Translations under genes and position numbers: made by a program
Shown here: positions 26,693 to 40,385 of the stretch, piece by piece
Layout of the letters: each line of letters begins with the position of its first letter
How positions within the stretch are numbered: the first letter of the stretch is position 1
DNA from: Eledone cirrhosa
Lineage: Eukaryota
DNA length: 61,089 nucleotides
NCBI GenBank assembly: GCA_964016885.1
Contig: CAXHJY010000398.1
Location: 1-61,089, forward strand
Reading direction: 5' to 3'
The notes under the pieces: model-generated
Database searches by the model: none
Told to the model about the DNA's origin: nothing
What the model saw: only the letters and a program-made list of their open reading frames with translations

Positions 26693-26990
26693 TGTTATAT
26701 AAACATGTTTTAACGGCATATACTCCTTTGTATTCATTTCTTTTATAATCGCTCTGCTTATTTCCTCGCCCACTAAATATTAACGCTTCTAATATTTAAC
26801 CCTGTAGGCACGAGTATTAAGCACATTTGCACAAACTATTAGCAACTAAATATATATATCGCTTATCTTTCCTTTTTTTCTCTCTCTTCATACTTAAACA
26901 TTCTATATATATATACATCTACCTATGTATCCTGGGGTTTCCCCTATCTTGTTCGGCAAGTGGGGAAAAGAAAGATGTTGCAGCCATTGT

Positions 26991-27612
26991 CTACTCACCC
27001 GGGTCATGAGGGGGTTTGAGGGTGAGGTAAGTCCTACGCAATCGGTGTTTACATGCAGTTACAAGTTCGTCTTTTTTGTTTAGGAGTTGGTCCTTCGTAA
27101 ACAGCATTTGTAATGTTTCCTCCGAGCATAAGTTACACGGACGGCGTCCTCCCGTGTAGGAGTTAGCCCTGGACAGTAAGCTCCAAGTAAGATTGTATGT
27201 TATGTTATTATCTTGGAGGTCCCAGATGTGGCCCGAAAGTGTAGTGGCATGTCGCCGGGCCGGGTTTCCGAATGTATGTCGGTGTTGGTAGAGCCGGGTC
27301 TTAAAGTCACAAGCGGTTAATCCTATATAGGCTTTGTTGGAGATTTCCGTCCTCACGTTGCATTGGTAGATCACGTTACGTTCTCGGCATCTGTTGTTGA
27401 GGGGCACGTAGATCTATCAGGGCAGTTTCACCTCCTGGTTGGCTCTCCACTAATGTCTAGGTTGTTTCTTCCATAGGAGTTGAGTTTCTTGTTGTTTGAG
27501 GAGGCGATGTTTTGTGCGAAATTGAGTCTGGTGCTGTAGGAGAGTTTGATAGTGTTTTTGTTGATTATGTTGTGGTAGCGGTGTTGTGGTGGGAAGTGTT
27601 TTTCGAGGAGCC
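26991..27612 (-). pseudogene. Neptune-type PLE fragment (thumb/linker, Cys cluster, GIY-YIG)
   Basis: [23 protein letters not shown]...RR*NCPDRSTCPLNNRC..NVIYQC..YIGLT..FKTRLYQH..TTLSGHIW..CNLCSEE..LNKKDEL..CKH; one in-frame stop at about 27428-27430. Confidence 0.9.
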
Positions 27613-27655
27613 TGGTGCGTTATGGTCCATCTGATTCCTTACCACACTTCCTTCG

Positions 27656-27734
<79 letters not shown>

Positions 27735-28015
27735 TGTATGTATATATATATATATATATAAATGAGAGGTATAGAGATTGTTTTAGCGAGAAGCTAACAG
27801 CATTCTATAACGTATATGCGACTATAACGTCAAGATGGGAAAAGTAGTTAACGTAAGATTTAGGAAAAATAATTCAAACTCATCTCAAAACAGAATCAGG
27901 ATACAAATTCATCCACAGAATTTAGTGCAATCCAGGGAAAAATCAATAGACCTTTAACTCATGATAAAATAAAGTTTAAAACACTTATCCTTCAATTTGG
28001 AATAACATCAAATGC

Positions 28016-28088
<73 letters not shown>

Positions 28089-28128
28089 ATGTGTGTGTGT
28101 GTGTGTACATATGTATACACATATGTAT

Positions 28129-28169
<41 letters not shown>

Positions 28170-28180
28170 TAGATAGATAA

Positions 28181-28309
<129 letters not shown>

Positions 28310-28885
28310 TTCCTATATTTACATCAAATACAGTACTGGTGCAGGGTTTGATTTGAACCACTTTGCCGTTTCTCGACTTAAATTGTTGGCCTTGTGACTA
28401 AATTAGAAATCATCATAAGGAAATCTAAATTTCTTCGACCGGAAATTGAATCTGAGCTACAGAGCTAACTTGCTGCTTGACATGGTTAAGAAATATATTA
28501 TATATCTGTGCTACATATTCTCTGATGCCTATCCCACTCTATAAATGACGTCATATATTTATATATGATCTCTGTAATATTATTTCTGCTTTTTAAGATA
28601 TGAACATGTCCTTGAGTGGTAAAACTTCCTTATTCGCAGTGGAAGAGATAACAATGAAGTTAGACGTTAGACGTTAGAAATTTGAATTTACAAATGTTAT
28701 TAAGGAAATATTTAAAAATATTTCTTGAAAATTTAGAAACATCAACTTATTTATTCCTTTTTTTTTTCTTTTTTTTATTTTACTAGGAAATATGATCACG
28801 AATACAAACGGCCGAACACATTGAACATAAAAGTCCCTGAACGGAAAAAGGTTGTCAACATCATAAATCTTTAGATAGGTGGTCA

Positions 28886-29232
28886 CGGACTAGGGGTGTT
28901 CACAAAGAAACCAGCGGCATCTTTCTTCCAATGGAGGACAGTAGTGAGGGGATGGGATGTAGGAGCAGAAGGCAAAACAAACCAATCAAGACCTGGTGGT
29001 GGTGGTGGTGGTGGTGGTGGTGGTAGTGGTGGTGGTAGTGGTGGGAGTCTGTGAAGGTTGGTAAAACGGACTAGGGGTGTTCACAAAGAAACCAGCGGCA
29101 GCTTTCTTCCAATGGAGGACAGTAGTGAGGGGATGGGATGTAGGAGCAGAAGGCAAAACAAACCAATCAAGACCTGGTGGTGGTGGTGGTGGTGGTGGTG
29201 GTGGTGGTGGTAGTGGTGGGAGTCTGTGAAGG
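28886..29232. repeat. tandem duplication of about 170-180 bp including (GGT)n
   Basis: 28886-29057 is nearly identical to 29067-29232. Confidence 0.9.
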
Positions 29233-29451
29233 AAGTCCTGGCAGACTTCCGCAAAGAGTAATATACGTTGTACCTAATGAATACACATATAAGGTTACGA
29301 ACCAAAGTGAAACACTTCTCCTGGGAGCTAAACAACTTCTAGAAGTAGTAGCTAAATGTTCATTAAATCCCGTTTTATCGTCTTGAAGAGAAATTGCACA
29401 ATGGATCACGTGGTTCTAGATGTACTCCGTCTGAGTGTGTGTGTGTATACA

Positions 29452-29522
<71 letters not shown>

Positions 29523-29591
29523 TGTGTGTGTGCTATAAGAATAAAGGAACAAGGTTTCAGTGTTGCAGCAATTTTTCTTACAACCATACAC

Positions 29592-29641
<50 letters not shown>

Positions 29642-29691
29642 CCTATGAGTGCGTGTGCCTCAATGTTTCTATGCGTGTGTATGTCCATGTA

Positions 29692-29722
<31 letters not shown>

Positions 29723-29968
29723 GTGTCTGTGTATCTGTGTGTCCGTTTGTCTGTGCATGTAGATGTGTATGTGCCCATGAGTCTGTTTGTGTGTATATGT
29801 GTGAGTGTCCGTGCGTGCGCGCCCTCCGATACAGTCGTAGAAAGCGTTTTGTAGGGCATTTTAAAATCTAGCGAACCCTATCGCCTCTCTCCGGGTCGAA
29901 GTACAGCAGATTTCGTCCACGAGAAGGATAGAGAGATCGAGAAAAAGGAAGTGAGAAAGAGATAAAGA

Positions 29969-30130
29969 GGAAGAATCGATCCCAGTACTAGAATGATACT
30001 TTATCAACTTCTAAAGGATGAAAAGCAAAGCTGACCTCGTCGGGATTTGAACTGAGAAAGCAGAGAGGCGGAAGGAATACCATAAAATCATTCTATCCGA
30101 CGCTGTAACGACTCTACCAACTTGCCACCT
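29969..30130 (-). mobile_element. SINE, older subfamily
   Basis: Matches 3550-3710 and 12122-12299. Confidence 0.75.
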
Positions 30131-30425
30131 TATCTATGAAAGTGAGAGGCAGTTAACTAATAACAAAACTTGTGTAAATATTCCCATATCAAATGGAAAC
30201 CATTAAAAATTAGTATGTATTTATGTCACTTACAATGGTGTATCTTTCGAACGAGAGGGTTTCTTTGATATTGTAACGACTTGCTTCGCTTATCTTAGAT
30301 AACATCAAAATATAGGTATGACCTGCTGTTGTTGTATGGTGTTGCCTGCTCGTTAATATTTTAACTGTTATACAGAATAAGTTGGCCCCACTTAACACAT
30401 GCATGCATATATATATCTATATCTA

Positions 30426-30473
<48 letters not shown>

Positions 30474-30544
30474 TACATACACACACATACAAATATATAG
30501 ATGTATATATATGTGTATATATATATTTATATATATATATATAT

Positions 30545-30626
<82 letters not shown>

Positions 30627-30767
30627 CATATATACAAACTGCTCACAAAAGACATTAAAATCCTTAAATATTTGATATTTAATATAAGATTGTGATATCA
30701 ATGGAAACCGGTTATATTTAACGCAACAATTATAAAACTATTCATTCTGTCGGATTAGAGAAAAAAG

Positions 30768-30800
<33 letters not shown>

Positions 30801-30806
30801 CACACA

Positions 30807-30925
<119 letters not shown>

Positions 30926-31215
30926 TTATATTAATCATTTTTTTAAAAGGTAATATTTGAAGTTCTAGTTAAACTTTAATTAGTTACCTACCTTTCTATG
31001 TGTGATTACACACTTTACAAATTATCCCCTGTGATTGTTTCATGTGTTTATTTTAAATATATATATATATGTCAATCAATTTCTAGTTGATATAAAATGC
31101 TAGGAACTATTCATTGGAATCTTTGAGCTTATTTTACGGTGGATATGGCGCATGTCTCTCTGACATGACACCCTTAATTTAATTTAATTAAATTAGTTTT
31201 GGATATATATATATA

Positions 31216-32125
31216 TTGTTCAATCATCTTACCACAAACCTGACATTATTTATGTAAGCGGACGGTACTTGATTTAGGAGCCGCAGAAACCCAAATACTG
31301 GATTTTACCAACCTTCCAGGGGTCCGGGTAAATTTTCAATACCCGAATTACTTGATCGTTTTTTTGGCTATGCGAATGATTGTTTAACCATCGTCTCAGT
31401 GTGTTTGGCCTTTAACGTTTGTTATAGCTCTGGTTCATCTGAATCATTGAGCACTTGCCACACATCTCGGAGGTTGTTTTTCGTTATTTCGTGGGCCGAA
31501 ATGCGAATCTCGATAATTTATGTTTGTATTTATCTCCAGACTCTAGCTATTGACCAGTTAATTTTCTTGATTTTTTAGTTGATTCTATTGACTTATGAAT
31601 AGCTTATGTTAATTTTAACCCTTCTGTTGAGAACTCTATTCGATTTGTGATGTTTTTGCATTCTTGCAAAAATATACACAACTGAATTTATTCGCCTGAT
31701 ATAGGGGTTGCCCCCCTTGCCGATCCCCACGTGGAGTCAGCAATAGTCAATCCTTGTATTAACATTGAACTAAAACCTGTTGAGAAAGTGGCTTCCTTGT
31801 TCAATCATCTTACCAGAAGCCTGACATTATTTATGTAAGCGGACGGTACTTGATTTAGGAGCCGCAGAAACCCAAATACTGGATTTTACCAACCTTCCAG
31901 GGGTCCGGGTAAATTTTCAATACCCGAATTACTTGATCGTTTTTTTTTTGGGGGGGGGGGGGCTATGCGAATGATTGTTTAACCATCGTCTCAGTGTGTT
32001 TGGCCTTTAACGTTTGTTATAGCTCTGGTTCATCTGAATCATTGAACACTTGCCACACATCCATCTCGGAGGTTGTTTTTCGTTATTTCGTGGGCCGAAA
32101 TGCGAATCTCCATAATTTATGTTTG
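31216..32125. repeat. about 320-bp direct repeat (period about 580 bp) bounded by TA tracts
   Basis: 31216-31530 is nearly identical to 31797-32125. Confidence 0.9.
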
Positions 32126-32127
32126 TT

Positions 32128-32158
<31 letters not shown>

Positions 32159-32172
32159 ATACAATATAATAT

Positions 32173-32774
32173 AATTGTTTCTACTTTAGGCACAAGGCCA
32201 GCAATTACCCAGTACATTACTGGTACTTTATTTTATCGACCCCGTAAGGATGAAAGGCAAAGTTAACCTCGGCGGGATTTGAACTCAAACTGTAAAGGGA
32301 CGTAACTATGCTAGAAAGCATGGTGTTTGACGCTCTACCGATTCTGCCAAATAATATAATACAATATAATATAATATAATTGTTTCTACTTTTGGCACAA
32401 GGCCAGCAAATTAACCAGTGTATTACTGATACTTTATTTTATCGACCCCGTAAGGATGAAAGGCAAAGTTAACCTCGGCGGGATTTGAACTCAGAATGGA
32501 AAGGGCTGTAACTCTTTGCGTCAAAGCATGGCGTCCGACCCTCTACCGATACTGCCAATAATATAATATTATAATATATAGAAATAAACACACAAAGAAG
32601 TGTGTTTTGAATTAGATGGGCTGGGAACGACTTTGGTGCAATGTATATAATCTACGAACAAACGGAAAATAGATAATTATTTCCACTTTTGGCACAAGGC
32701 CAGCAATTATCCCAGTACATTACTGGTACTTTATTTTATCGACCCCGTAAGGATGAAAGGCAAAGTTAAACTCG
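32173..32774 (-). mobile_element. cluster of three SINEs (32173-32350, 32378-32558, truncated 32676-32774)
   Basis: SINE consensus. Confidence 0.87.
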
Positions 32775-32994
32775 TGTTAATTATCAAGAAGCTATACACG
32801 CGGCCGTCTTCTCCTTTCTTTAAGACAAGCAATGTCATTGACGATGTTGTTGTTTGTTATGGTGCAGCTATATATTTTCCAGGTTTTGTTTTCAATGTCT
32901 GATGTCTTCTGATATTCTACATCTTGACACGGAAACTATTACTAAACATAAGAAGCTCGACTGAGCTGTAAAATCTTGCATGCATTAATTTCAA

Positions 32995-33297
32995 GTGGAT
33001 GGCAGTATCGGTAGAAGGTCGGACGCCATGCTTTGCAGCAAAGAGTTACGGCTCTTACCATTCTGAGTTCAAATCCCGCCGAGGTTAACTTTGCCTTTCA
33101 TCCTTACGGACTCAATAAAATAAAGCACCAGTAATGTACTGGTTAATTGCAAGCCTTGTGACAAAAGTAGAAACAATTATTAAAGCAGCTAATCACGTCG
33201 AGGTTAGCTTTGTCATTCATCCTTATGGAGTCGTTAAAATAAAGTACCAGTAACACACTGGGTAATTGCTGGCCTTGTGCCAAAAAGTAGAAACAAT
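32995..33297 (+). mobile_element. two SINEs inserted into the mariner-type element
   Basis: SINE consensus on the plus strand; ATTAATTTCAA flanks both sides. Confidence 0.85.
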
Positions 33298-33314
33298 TAA
33301 TTTCAACTCTTCTT

Positions 33315-33738
33315 ATTGAAAAATAAACCTCATTTGGTCATTCCATGATAGTATCTTGGTCAGCCTATGAAAGATTAATGCATTGTTTCTTTCTAGGGAC
33401 TATGTTGAAAAATAAACCTCAATTGGTCATTCCATGAGAGTATCTTGGTCAGCCTATGAAAGATTAATGCATTGTTTCTTTCTAGGGACTACGTTGAAAA
33501 ATAAACCTCAATTGGTCATTCCATGAGAGTATCTTGGTCAGCCTATGAAAGATTAATGCATTGTTTCTTCCCAGGGACTATGTTGAAAAATAAACCTCAT
33601 TTGGTCATTCCATGAGAGTATCTTGGTCAGCCTATGAAAGATTAATGCATTGTTTCTTCCCAGGGATTATGTTGAAAAATAAACCTCATTTGGTCATTCC
33701 ATGAGAGTAACTTGGTCAATCTATGAACCTTTCAGCCT
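33315..33738. repeat. 89-bp tandem repeat (about 5 units) made of the mariner-type subterminal sequence
   Basis: GGTCATTCCATGA at 33336, 33425, 33514, 33603 and 33692. Confidence 0.92.
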
Positions 33739-34249
33739 ATCGACATTTCAACTGACCTTCTTAAATTACAGATACATTTCGTTTGTTGTTTTGTATGATA
33801 TTTTACACAAAGAACCTCCGAATATCTAAATATTCTTAATTCTGTTGGTTACTGGTTTTGTAATATTTTCATGAAACGTAATATTTATAACATTCCTTTC
33901 CAAACAGGATCTAGTCAATTCGCTGATTGTCATTACACCGCATCAGATTTGTTATTTTGTCCTATTTTTATTATCAGTAAGTAGATTGACTACGTATACT
34001 GTCAAAACGTGTTTCTACTATGTAATGTAATTTAGTAGTTTGAGGTCATCGACGAAGAGATTGTGTTAAATTTGTGTTTTTATTTTCACCTAGGGCCGGC
34101 ATATCTATTAAGACCAACTAGGCAGTCGCCAAGGACGCAAATCTCAAAGAGGAGCGTTAATGAATGGACTTAAAGGAGCAAATTAATTAATGAACTTAAA
34201 GGAGCAAAATTTTATACAAATTCCTATGTATGTATGTTTATATCGATAT

Positions 34250-34530
34250 AAAACATGCGGCTCAGTAGTTACCGATGATGTTGATCTTTTCTTCTTTTCG
34301 GGTTATAGCTACTGTCGCTCAGAGAGTGGGATTGGCTCAGTGCACAGTCTTTCCTCACTTTAAAAAATATCTTCATGCACAGGCATTGCACGATAGAATT
34401 AATTAATAATTATTAATAATGATATATCGTGCAATGGCGATACTCGATAACGAGGGGGCAGCCATCATGTTGGTTTGTATGTATGTATGTATGTATGTAT
34501 GTATGTATGTATGTATGTATGTATGTATGT
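34250..34530 (+). repeat. GCAGCCATCAT-ending repeat with (ATGT)n tail
   Basis: Nearly identical to 35448-35666; internal hairpin TTGCACGATA...TATCGTGCAA. Confidence 0.7.
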
Positions 34531-34767
34531 TCTTCTGGTTTTATAATTTCACAAATGTTTGCCAATAGAGAGAGAGTCAGTTTCTAACATAGACACAAGA
34601 CTCTCATTGGAATTTTCACAACATCAACTAGGCAGATATGTCTGCATGTCTGCATGCATGCATGTGTGTGCAAGAATGGATGTTATTGTATGTGTGGATG
34701 TGTATGCTTTGAGTTGTATGTGTGCCTGGGCATACGCTTAGTATCTGTACATGTGTATATGCAGTTA

Positions 34768-35020
34768 TTAGATCCAGAATTTGTGGAATGTTTTACATAT
34801 TTTTAATGTTCCATTAATGGATTGTACTTGTAATTTCCTAACTAGTTGTGTTCTTTCTGTTTCTGTGAAGCCCAGCTTCTTAAGATTTGTATTGAGACAG
34901 TTACTAACATATCCCAGTGCCCCAATAATCACAGGCATAAATCTGAAGGTATAATCAGGGTGGAGTATCTGCAGATTTCTCATTAGTTCTGCATAAATAT
35001 TCTCCTTTTCACTAATCTTT
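34768..35020 (-). pseudogene. RLE-type (R4/Dong-like) non-LTR retrotransposon C-terminal fragment
   Basis: EKENIYAELMRNLQIL..FMPVIIGALG..LKKLG..LQVQSINGTLKI resembles the region after the PD-(D/E)xK nuclease; adjacent to (CATA)n. Confidence 0.7.
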
Positions 35021-35102
35021 GATGTATGTATGTATGTATGTATGTATGATGTATGTATGTATGTATGTATGTATGTATGTATGTATGTATGTATGTATGT
35101 AT

Positions 35103-35948
35103 GTCGCATGGTCGGGTCGTCGGCGACTAAACCGGCAACCCCACTAAGTTTACTTGGTGAGGAGGATGATTTTGGACACCCTGCAGGACAAAAAAACAAA
35201 GCCTGACAAAGGGCGGCCATCAAAAAATCACAAAGGGTGGCCATCCAAAAATGTGTAAACATGTATGTACATGTGTATATATGTATGTATATATGTGTAT
35301 GCATGGGTATGTATATGCGCGGAGACATAGAAATAGTCGGGCTGGATACCCGATCATGCGGTTAAACCACTGGGAGTGAAGGACCCCTAGCTTTTGTCAG
35401 GGCATTCTTCTAGAAGGCAACTCAGGAAACTGGGATAACTCCGACATAAAACCTGCGGCTCAGTAGTTACCGATGTTGTTGATCTTTTCTTCTTTTCGGG
35501 TTATAGCTACTGTCGCTCAGAGAGTGGGATTGGCTCAGTGCACAGTCTTTCCTCACTTTAAGAAAAATCTTCACGCACAGGCATGGCGCAATAGCATTAA
35601 TTGATAATTATTAATAATGTTATATCGTGCAATGGCCATACTCGATAACGAGGGCGCAGCCATCATGTATGTATGTATGCATGCATGGAAACTCCGAAAA
35701 AAACATGCGGCTTCGGAAGCATCCGATGATGTTGACCAGTTCTCCTTTTCGGGAAGTGTTTTTGATGCTCAGAGAGTGGGATTGGTTGAGTGCAAGGCCT
35801 TTCCCCTCTTAAAACACCTTCAAAGCACAGGAATTGCTTGTTCCGGTTCTGTTAGAGGTTCGTGTGGCTGGCCGTAGCCTAAAAGTGCACAATTTTCTAT
35901 AATCTGACAAGCGATTGCGATACTCTTACCAGAATTTGCAGCCATCAT
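35103..35948. repeat. cluster of GCAGCCATCAT-family and related repeat fragments
   Basis: 35103-35188 (minus), 35333-35666 (plus), 35688-35948 (plus, diverged). Confidence 0.65.
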
Positions 35949-36177
35949 ATACGTGTGTGTGCACCCATAATTTCTGGTGGAATCGTAGGGGCGATAGTGA
36001 CATACGGCGTTTCTTGGAATGTCTTAAAAACCTGGCAGAGACAATATATATATATATATATATATAAAATCTTCCCTGCGTCCAATACTAAATGTACTGT
36101 TATTTGCCAGCCTATTGAACGCACTTTTTTTTTTTTTTTTTGTGCTCCAAAATTTCCTGCGATGAATAAATAAATAA

Positions 36178-36360
36178 CTGTTTCTACTTTAGGCACAAGG
36201 CCAGCAATTACCCAGTGCATTACTGGTACTTTATTTTATCGACCCCGTAAGGATGAAAGGCAAAGTCAACCTCGGCGGGATTTGAACTCAGATCGTAAAG
36301 GGACGTAACTATGCTGGAAAGCATGGCGTCTGACCCTCTACCGATACTGCCAATCCACAG
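36178..36360 (-). mobile_element. SINE, young subfamily
   Basis: Nearly identical to 11631-11811. Confidence 0.9.
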
Positions 36361-36656
36361 CCCTCAATAAATAAATAACAAAAAACATCTTTGTCGCGTA
36401 GCAGCGTCGTGGAAATATCTAAAGTGGCGGAGAAGATCGTATAATATTACCTGTCACTTAATTAGACGTGGATCAGTGTGAACTTTGATGTGGAAAATGC
36501 AGGTTTAACAAATGTCTAAGTGTAATCAGAAGACATGTGTCTGGCTCATTAACAGGATTACCTGACCAACCTCTTTTACATTTCTCACCAATATTTTGTC
36601 TATAATTGAAGTGAAATCTCATTAAAACACATAATTTCTCTTTCTATCTCGCAGTA

Positions 36657-37240
36657 CTTTCTTCTTCTTTTGTTTTTTCTTTTCTTCTTCTTTTGTTTTT
36701 TCTTTTCTTCTTCTTTTTTTTTTCTTTTTCTTTTTCTTCTCCTCCTTCTTTTTCTTCTTTTTCTTCTCCTCTTCTTTTTCTTCTCTTCTTCTTCTACTTC
36801 TCCTTCTTCTTCTTCTCCTCCTCTTTCTTCTTCTCCTCCTCCTCTTCTTCTTCTTCTCCTCCTCCTCCTCTTTCTTCTTCTTCTCCTCCTCTTCTTCTTC
36901 TTCTCCTCCTTCTCTTTCTTCTTCTTCTTCTTCTCCTCCTCTTCTTCTTCTTCTCCTCCTTCTCTTTCCTCTTTCTTCTTCTTCTCCTCCTCTTCTTCTT
37001 CTTCTCCTCCTTCTCTTTCTTCTTCTTCTTCTTCTCCTCCTCTTCTTCTTCTTCTCCTCCTTCTCTTTCTTCTTCTCCTCCTTCTCTTTCTTCTTCTTCT
37101 TCTCCTCCTTCTCTTTCTTCTTCTTCTTCTTCTTCTTCTTCTTCTTCTTCTTCTCCTCCTCCTCTTTCTTCTTCTTCTTCTTCTTCTTCTTCTTTTTCTT
37201 CTTCTTCTTCTCCCCCTCCTCTTTCATCTTCTTCTCCTCC
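36657..37240. repeat. (TTC/CTC)n polypyrimidine microsatellite
   Basis: Direct inspection. Confidence 0.97.
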
Positions 37241-37440
37241 GTCAAGAGAGAGGAAGGGAGTAAGAGATATCTACTTTATTGTTATTCTCATCAGTTCCAA
37301 TTCTAATTCTAATTGCTGTTATTTCATTAATTGTTGATTTCCCTTCCCATCGTCAGAAGTCATTACCAACTGTCAGCCATCTTAAATTAACAGTTTTTTT
37401 GTTTGTTTTTTTTAAATTCAATTTCCTACCCGTGTAATTC

Positions 37441-37684
37441 ATGATTATGCTGATGATGATGGTGATGATGATGATGATGATGTTTATGGTGATGACGGTG
37501 ATGATGTTTATGGTGATGATGGTGGTGGTGGTGGTAATGATGGTGGTGATGATGATGATGATGATGTTGATGATGATGATGGTGATGATGGTGGTGGTGG
37601 TAATGATGGTGGTGATGATGATGATGATGACGGTGATGGTGATGATTATGGTGATGATGGTGGTGGTGGTAATGATGATGATGG

Positions 37685-37751
<67 letters not shown>

Positions 37752-37908
37752 GATGATGATGATGATGGTGGTGGTGATGATGATGATGGTGGTAATGATG
37801 ATGATGATAGTGATGATAGTGATGATGATGATGGTGATGATGATGATGATGATGATTATGGTGATGATGGTGATGATGATGATGATGATGATGATGCTGG
37901 TGGTGCTG

Positions 37909-37959
<51 letters not shown>

Positions 37960-37998
37960 GTGGTGATGATAGTGATGATGATGTTGACGATGGTGATG

Positions 37999-38030
<32 letters not shown>

Positions 38031-38076
38031 GATGATGATGATGGTGGTGCTGATGATGATGATGATGGTGGTGCTG

Positions 38077-38126
<50 letters not shown>

Positions 38127-38128
38127 AG

Positions 38129-38207
<79 letters not shown>

Positions 38208-38224
38208 GATGATGATGATGATAG

Positions 38225-38267
<43 letters not shown>

Positions 38268-38340
38268 AGTGATGATGATGATGATGGTGATGATGGTGAT
38301 GATGGTGATGGTGGTAATGGTGATGGTGATGGGGATGATG
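37441..38340. repeat. (ATG/GTG)n microsatellite
   Basis: Direct inspection. Confidence 0.97.
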
Positions 38341-38454
38341 TCTTTCTTTGTAGAAGTTAATTCAACCTCCTGGCCTTCCTTTAACTTGAGTCGCTTAAGA
38401 TATTTCTAAAACGAGAATATAAAGAAAAATATTTTGAGGATCAGTTGAAAATTT

Positions 38455-40385
38455 CATAGACTAAAAGGATCATAGGCTGGAAGGTTCATAGGCTGGAAGG
38501 TTCATAGGCTGAAGGGTTCATAGGCTGGAAGGTTCATAGGCTGAAGGGTTCATAGGCTGAAAGGTTCATAGGCTGAAAGGTTCATAGGCTGGAAGGTTCA
38601 TATGCTGGAAGGTTCATAGGCTGGAAGGTTCATAGGCTGGAAGGTTCATAGGCTGAAGGGTTCATAGGCTGAAAGGTTTATAGGCTGGAAGGTTCATTGG
38701 CTGAAGGGTTCATAGGCTGAAAGGTTCATTGGCTGATGGGTTCATAGGCTGAAGGGTTCATAGGCTGAAGGGTTCATAGGCTGAAAGGTTTATAGGCTGG
38801 AAGGTTCATAGGCTGAAGGGTTTATAGGCTGGAAGGTTCATAGGCTGAAGGGTTTATAGGCTGGAAGGTTCATAGGCTGAAAGGTTCATAGGCTGGAAGA
38901 TTTATAGGCTGAAGGGTTCATAGGCTGAAAGGTTTATAGGCTGGAAGGTTCATAGGCTGAAAGGTTCATAGGCTGAAAGGTTCATAGGCAGAAAGGTTCA
39001 TAGACTGAAAGGTTCATAGGCTGGAAGGTTCATTGGCTGAAGGGTTCATAGGCTGAAAGGTTCATTGGCTGATGGGTTCATAGGCTGAAGGGTTCATAGG
39101 CTGAAGGGTTCATAGGCTGAAAGGTTTATAGGCTGGTAGGTTCATAGGCTGAAGGGTTTATAGGCTGGAAGGTTCATAGGCTGAAAGGTTCATAGGCTGA
39201 CAGGTTTATAGGCTGGAAGGTTCATAGGCTGAAAGGTTCATAGGCTGAAAGGTTCATAGGCAGAAAGGTTCATAGACTGAAAGGTTCATAGGCTGGAAGG
39301 TTCATTGGCTGAAAGGTTTATAGGCTGAAAGGTTTATAGGCTGAAGGGTTCATAGGCTGGAAGGTTCATAGGCTGAAGGGTTCATAGGCTGGAAGGTTCA
39401 TAGGCTGAAAGGTTCATAGGCTGGAAGGTTCATAGGCTGGAAGGTTCATTGGCTGAAAGGTTTATTGGCTGAAAGGTTTATAGGCTGGAAGGTTTATAGG
39501 CTGGAAGGTTCATTGGCTGAAAGGTTTATAGGCTGAAAGGTTTATAGGCTGAAGGGTTCATAGGCTGGAAGGTTCATAGGCTGAAGGGTTCATAGGCTGG
39601 AAGGTTCATAGGCTGAAAGGTTCATAGGCTGGAAGGTTCATAGGCTGGAAGGTTCATTGGCTGAAAGGTTTATTGGCTGTAAGGTTTATAGGCTGGAAGG
39701 TTCATTGGCTGAAAGGTTTATAGGCTGGAAGGTTTATAGGCTGGAAGGTTCATTGGCTGAAAGGTTTATTGGCTGAAAGGTTTATAGGCTGGAAGGTTTA
39801 TAGGCTGGAAGGTTCATTGGCTGAAAGGTTTATTGGCTGAAAGGTTTATAGGCTGGAAGGTTCATAGGCTGAAAGGTTTATAGGCTGGAAGGTTTATAGG
39901 CTGAAAGGTTTATAGGCTGGAAGGTTTATAGGCTGGAAGGTTTATAGGCTGAAAGGTTTATTGGCTGAAAGGTTTATAGGCTGGAAGGTTCATTGGCTGA
40001 AAGGTTTATAGGCTGGAAGGTTCATTGGCTGAAAGGTTTATAGGCTGAAAGGTTTATAGGCTGAAAGGTTTATAGGCTGAAAGGTTTATAGGCTGGAAGG
40101 TTCATTGGCTGAAAGGTTTATAGGCTGGAAGGTTCATTGGCTGAAAGGTTTATAGGCTGAAAGGTTTATAGGCTGGAAGGTTTATAGGCTGGAAGGTTTA
40201 TAGGCTGGAAGGTTCATAGGCTGGAAGGTTCATTGGCTGAAAAGTTTATAGGCTGAAAGGTTTATAGGCTGGTAGGTTCCTAGGCTGAAAGGTTCATAGG
40301 CTGAAAGGTTTATAGGCTGGAAGGTTTATAGGCTGAAAGGTTTATAGGCTGAAAGGTTCATAGGCTGAAAGGTTCATAGGCTGAC
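38455..40385. repeat. 16-bp satellite (GGCTG(A/G)AAGGTT(C/T)ATA), about 120 units, inside a mariner-type TIR
   Basis: Preceded by GAGGATCAGTTGAAAATTTCATAG and followed by GGCTGACCAAGATACTCT. Confidence 0.95.

Noticed and set aside
36622-37337. K/E/R-rich and S/F/L-rich ORFs
   Set aside because: Translations of (TTC)n with no splice or domain evidence
37441-38409. 322-aa poly-Met ORF
   Set aside because: Translation of the (ATG)n microsatellite
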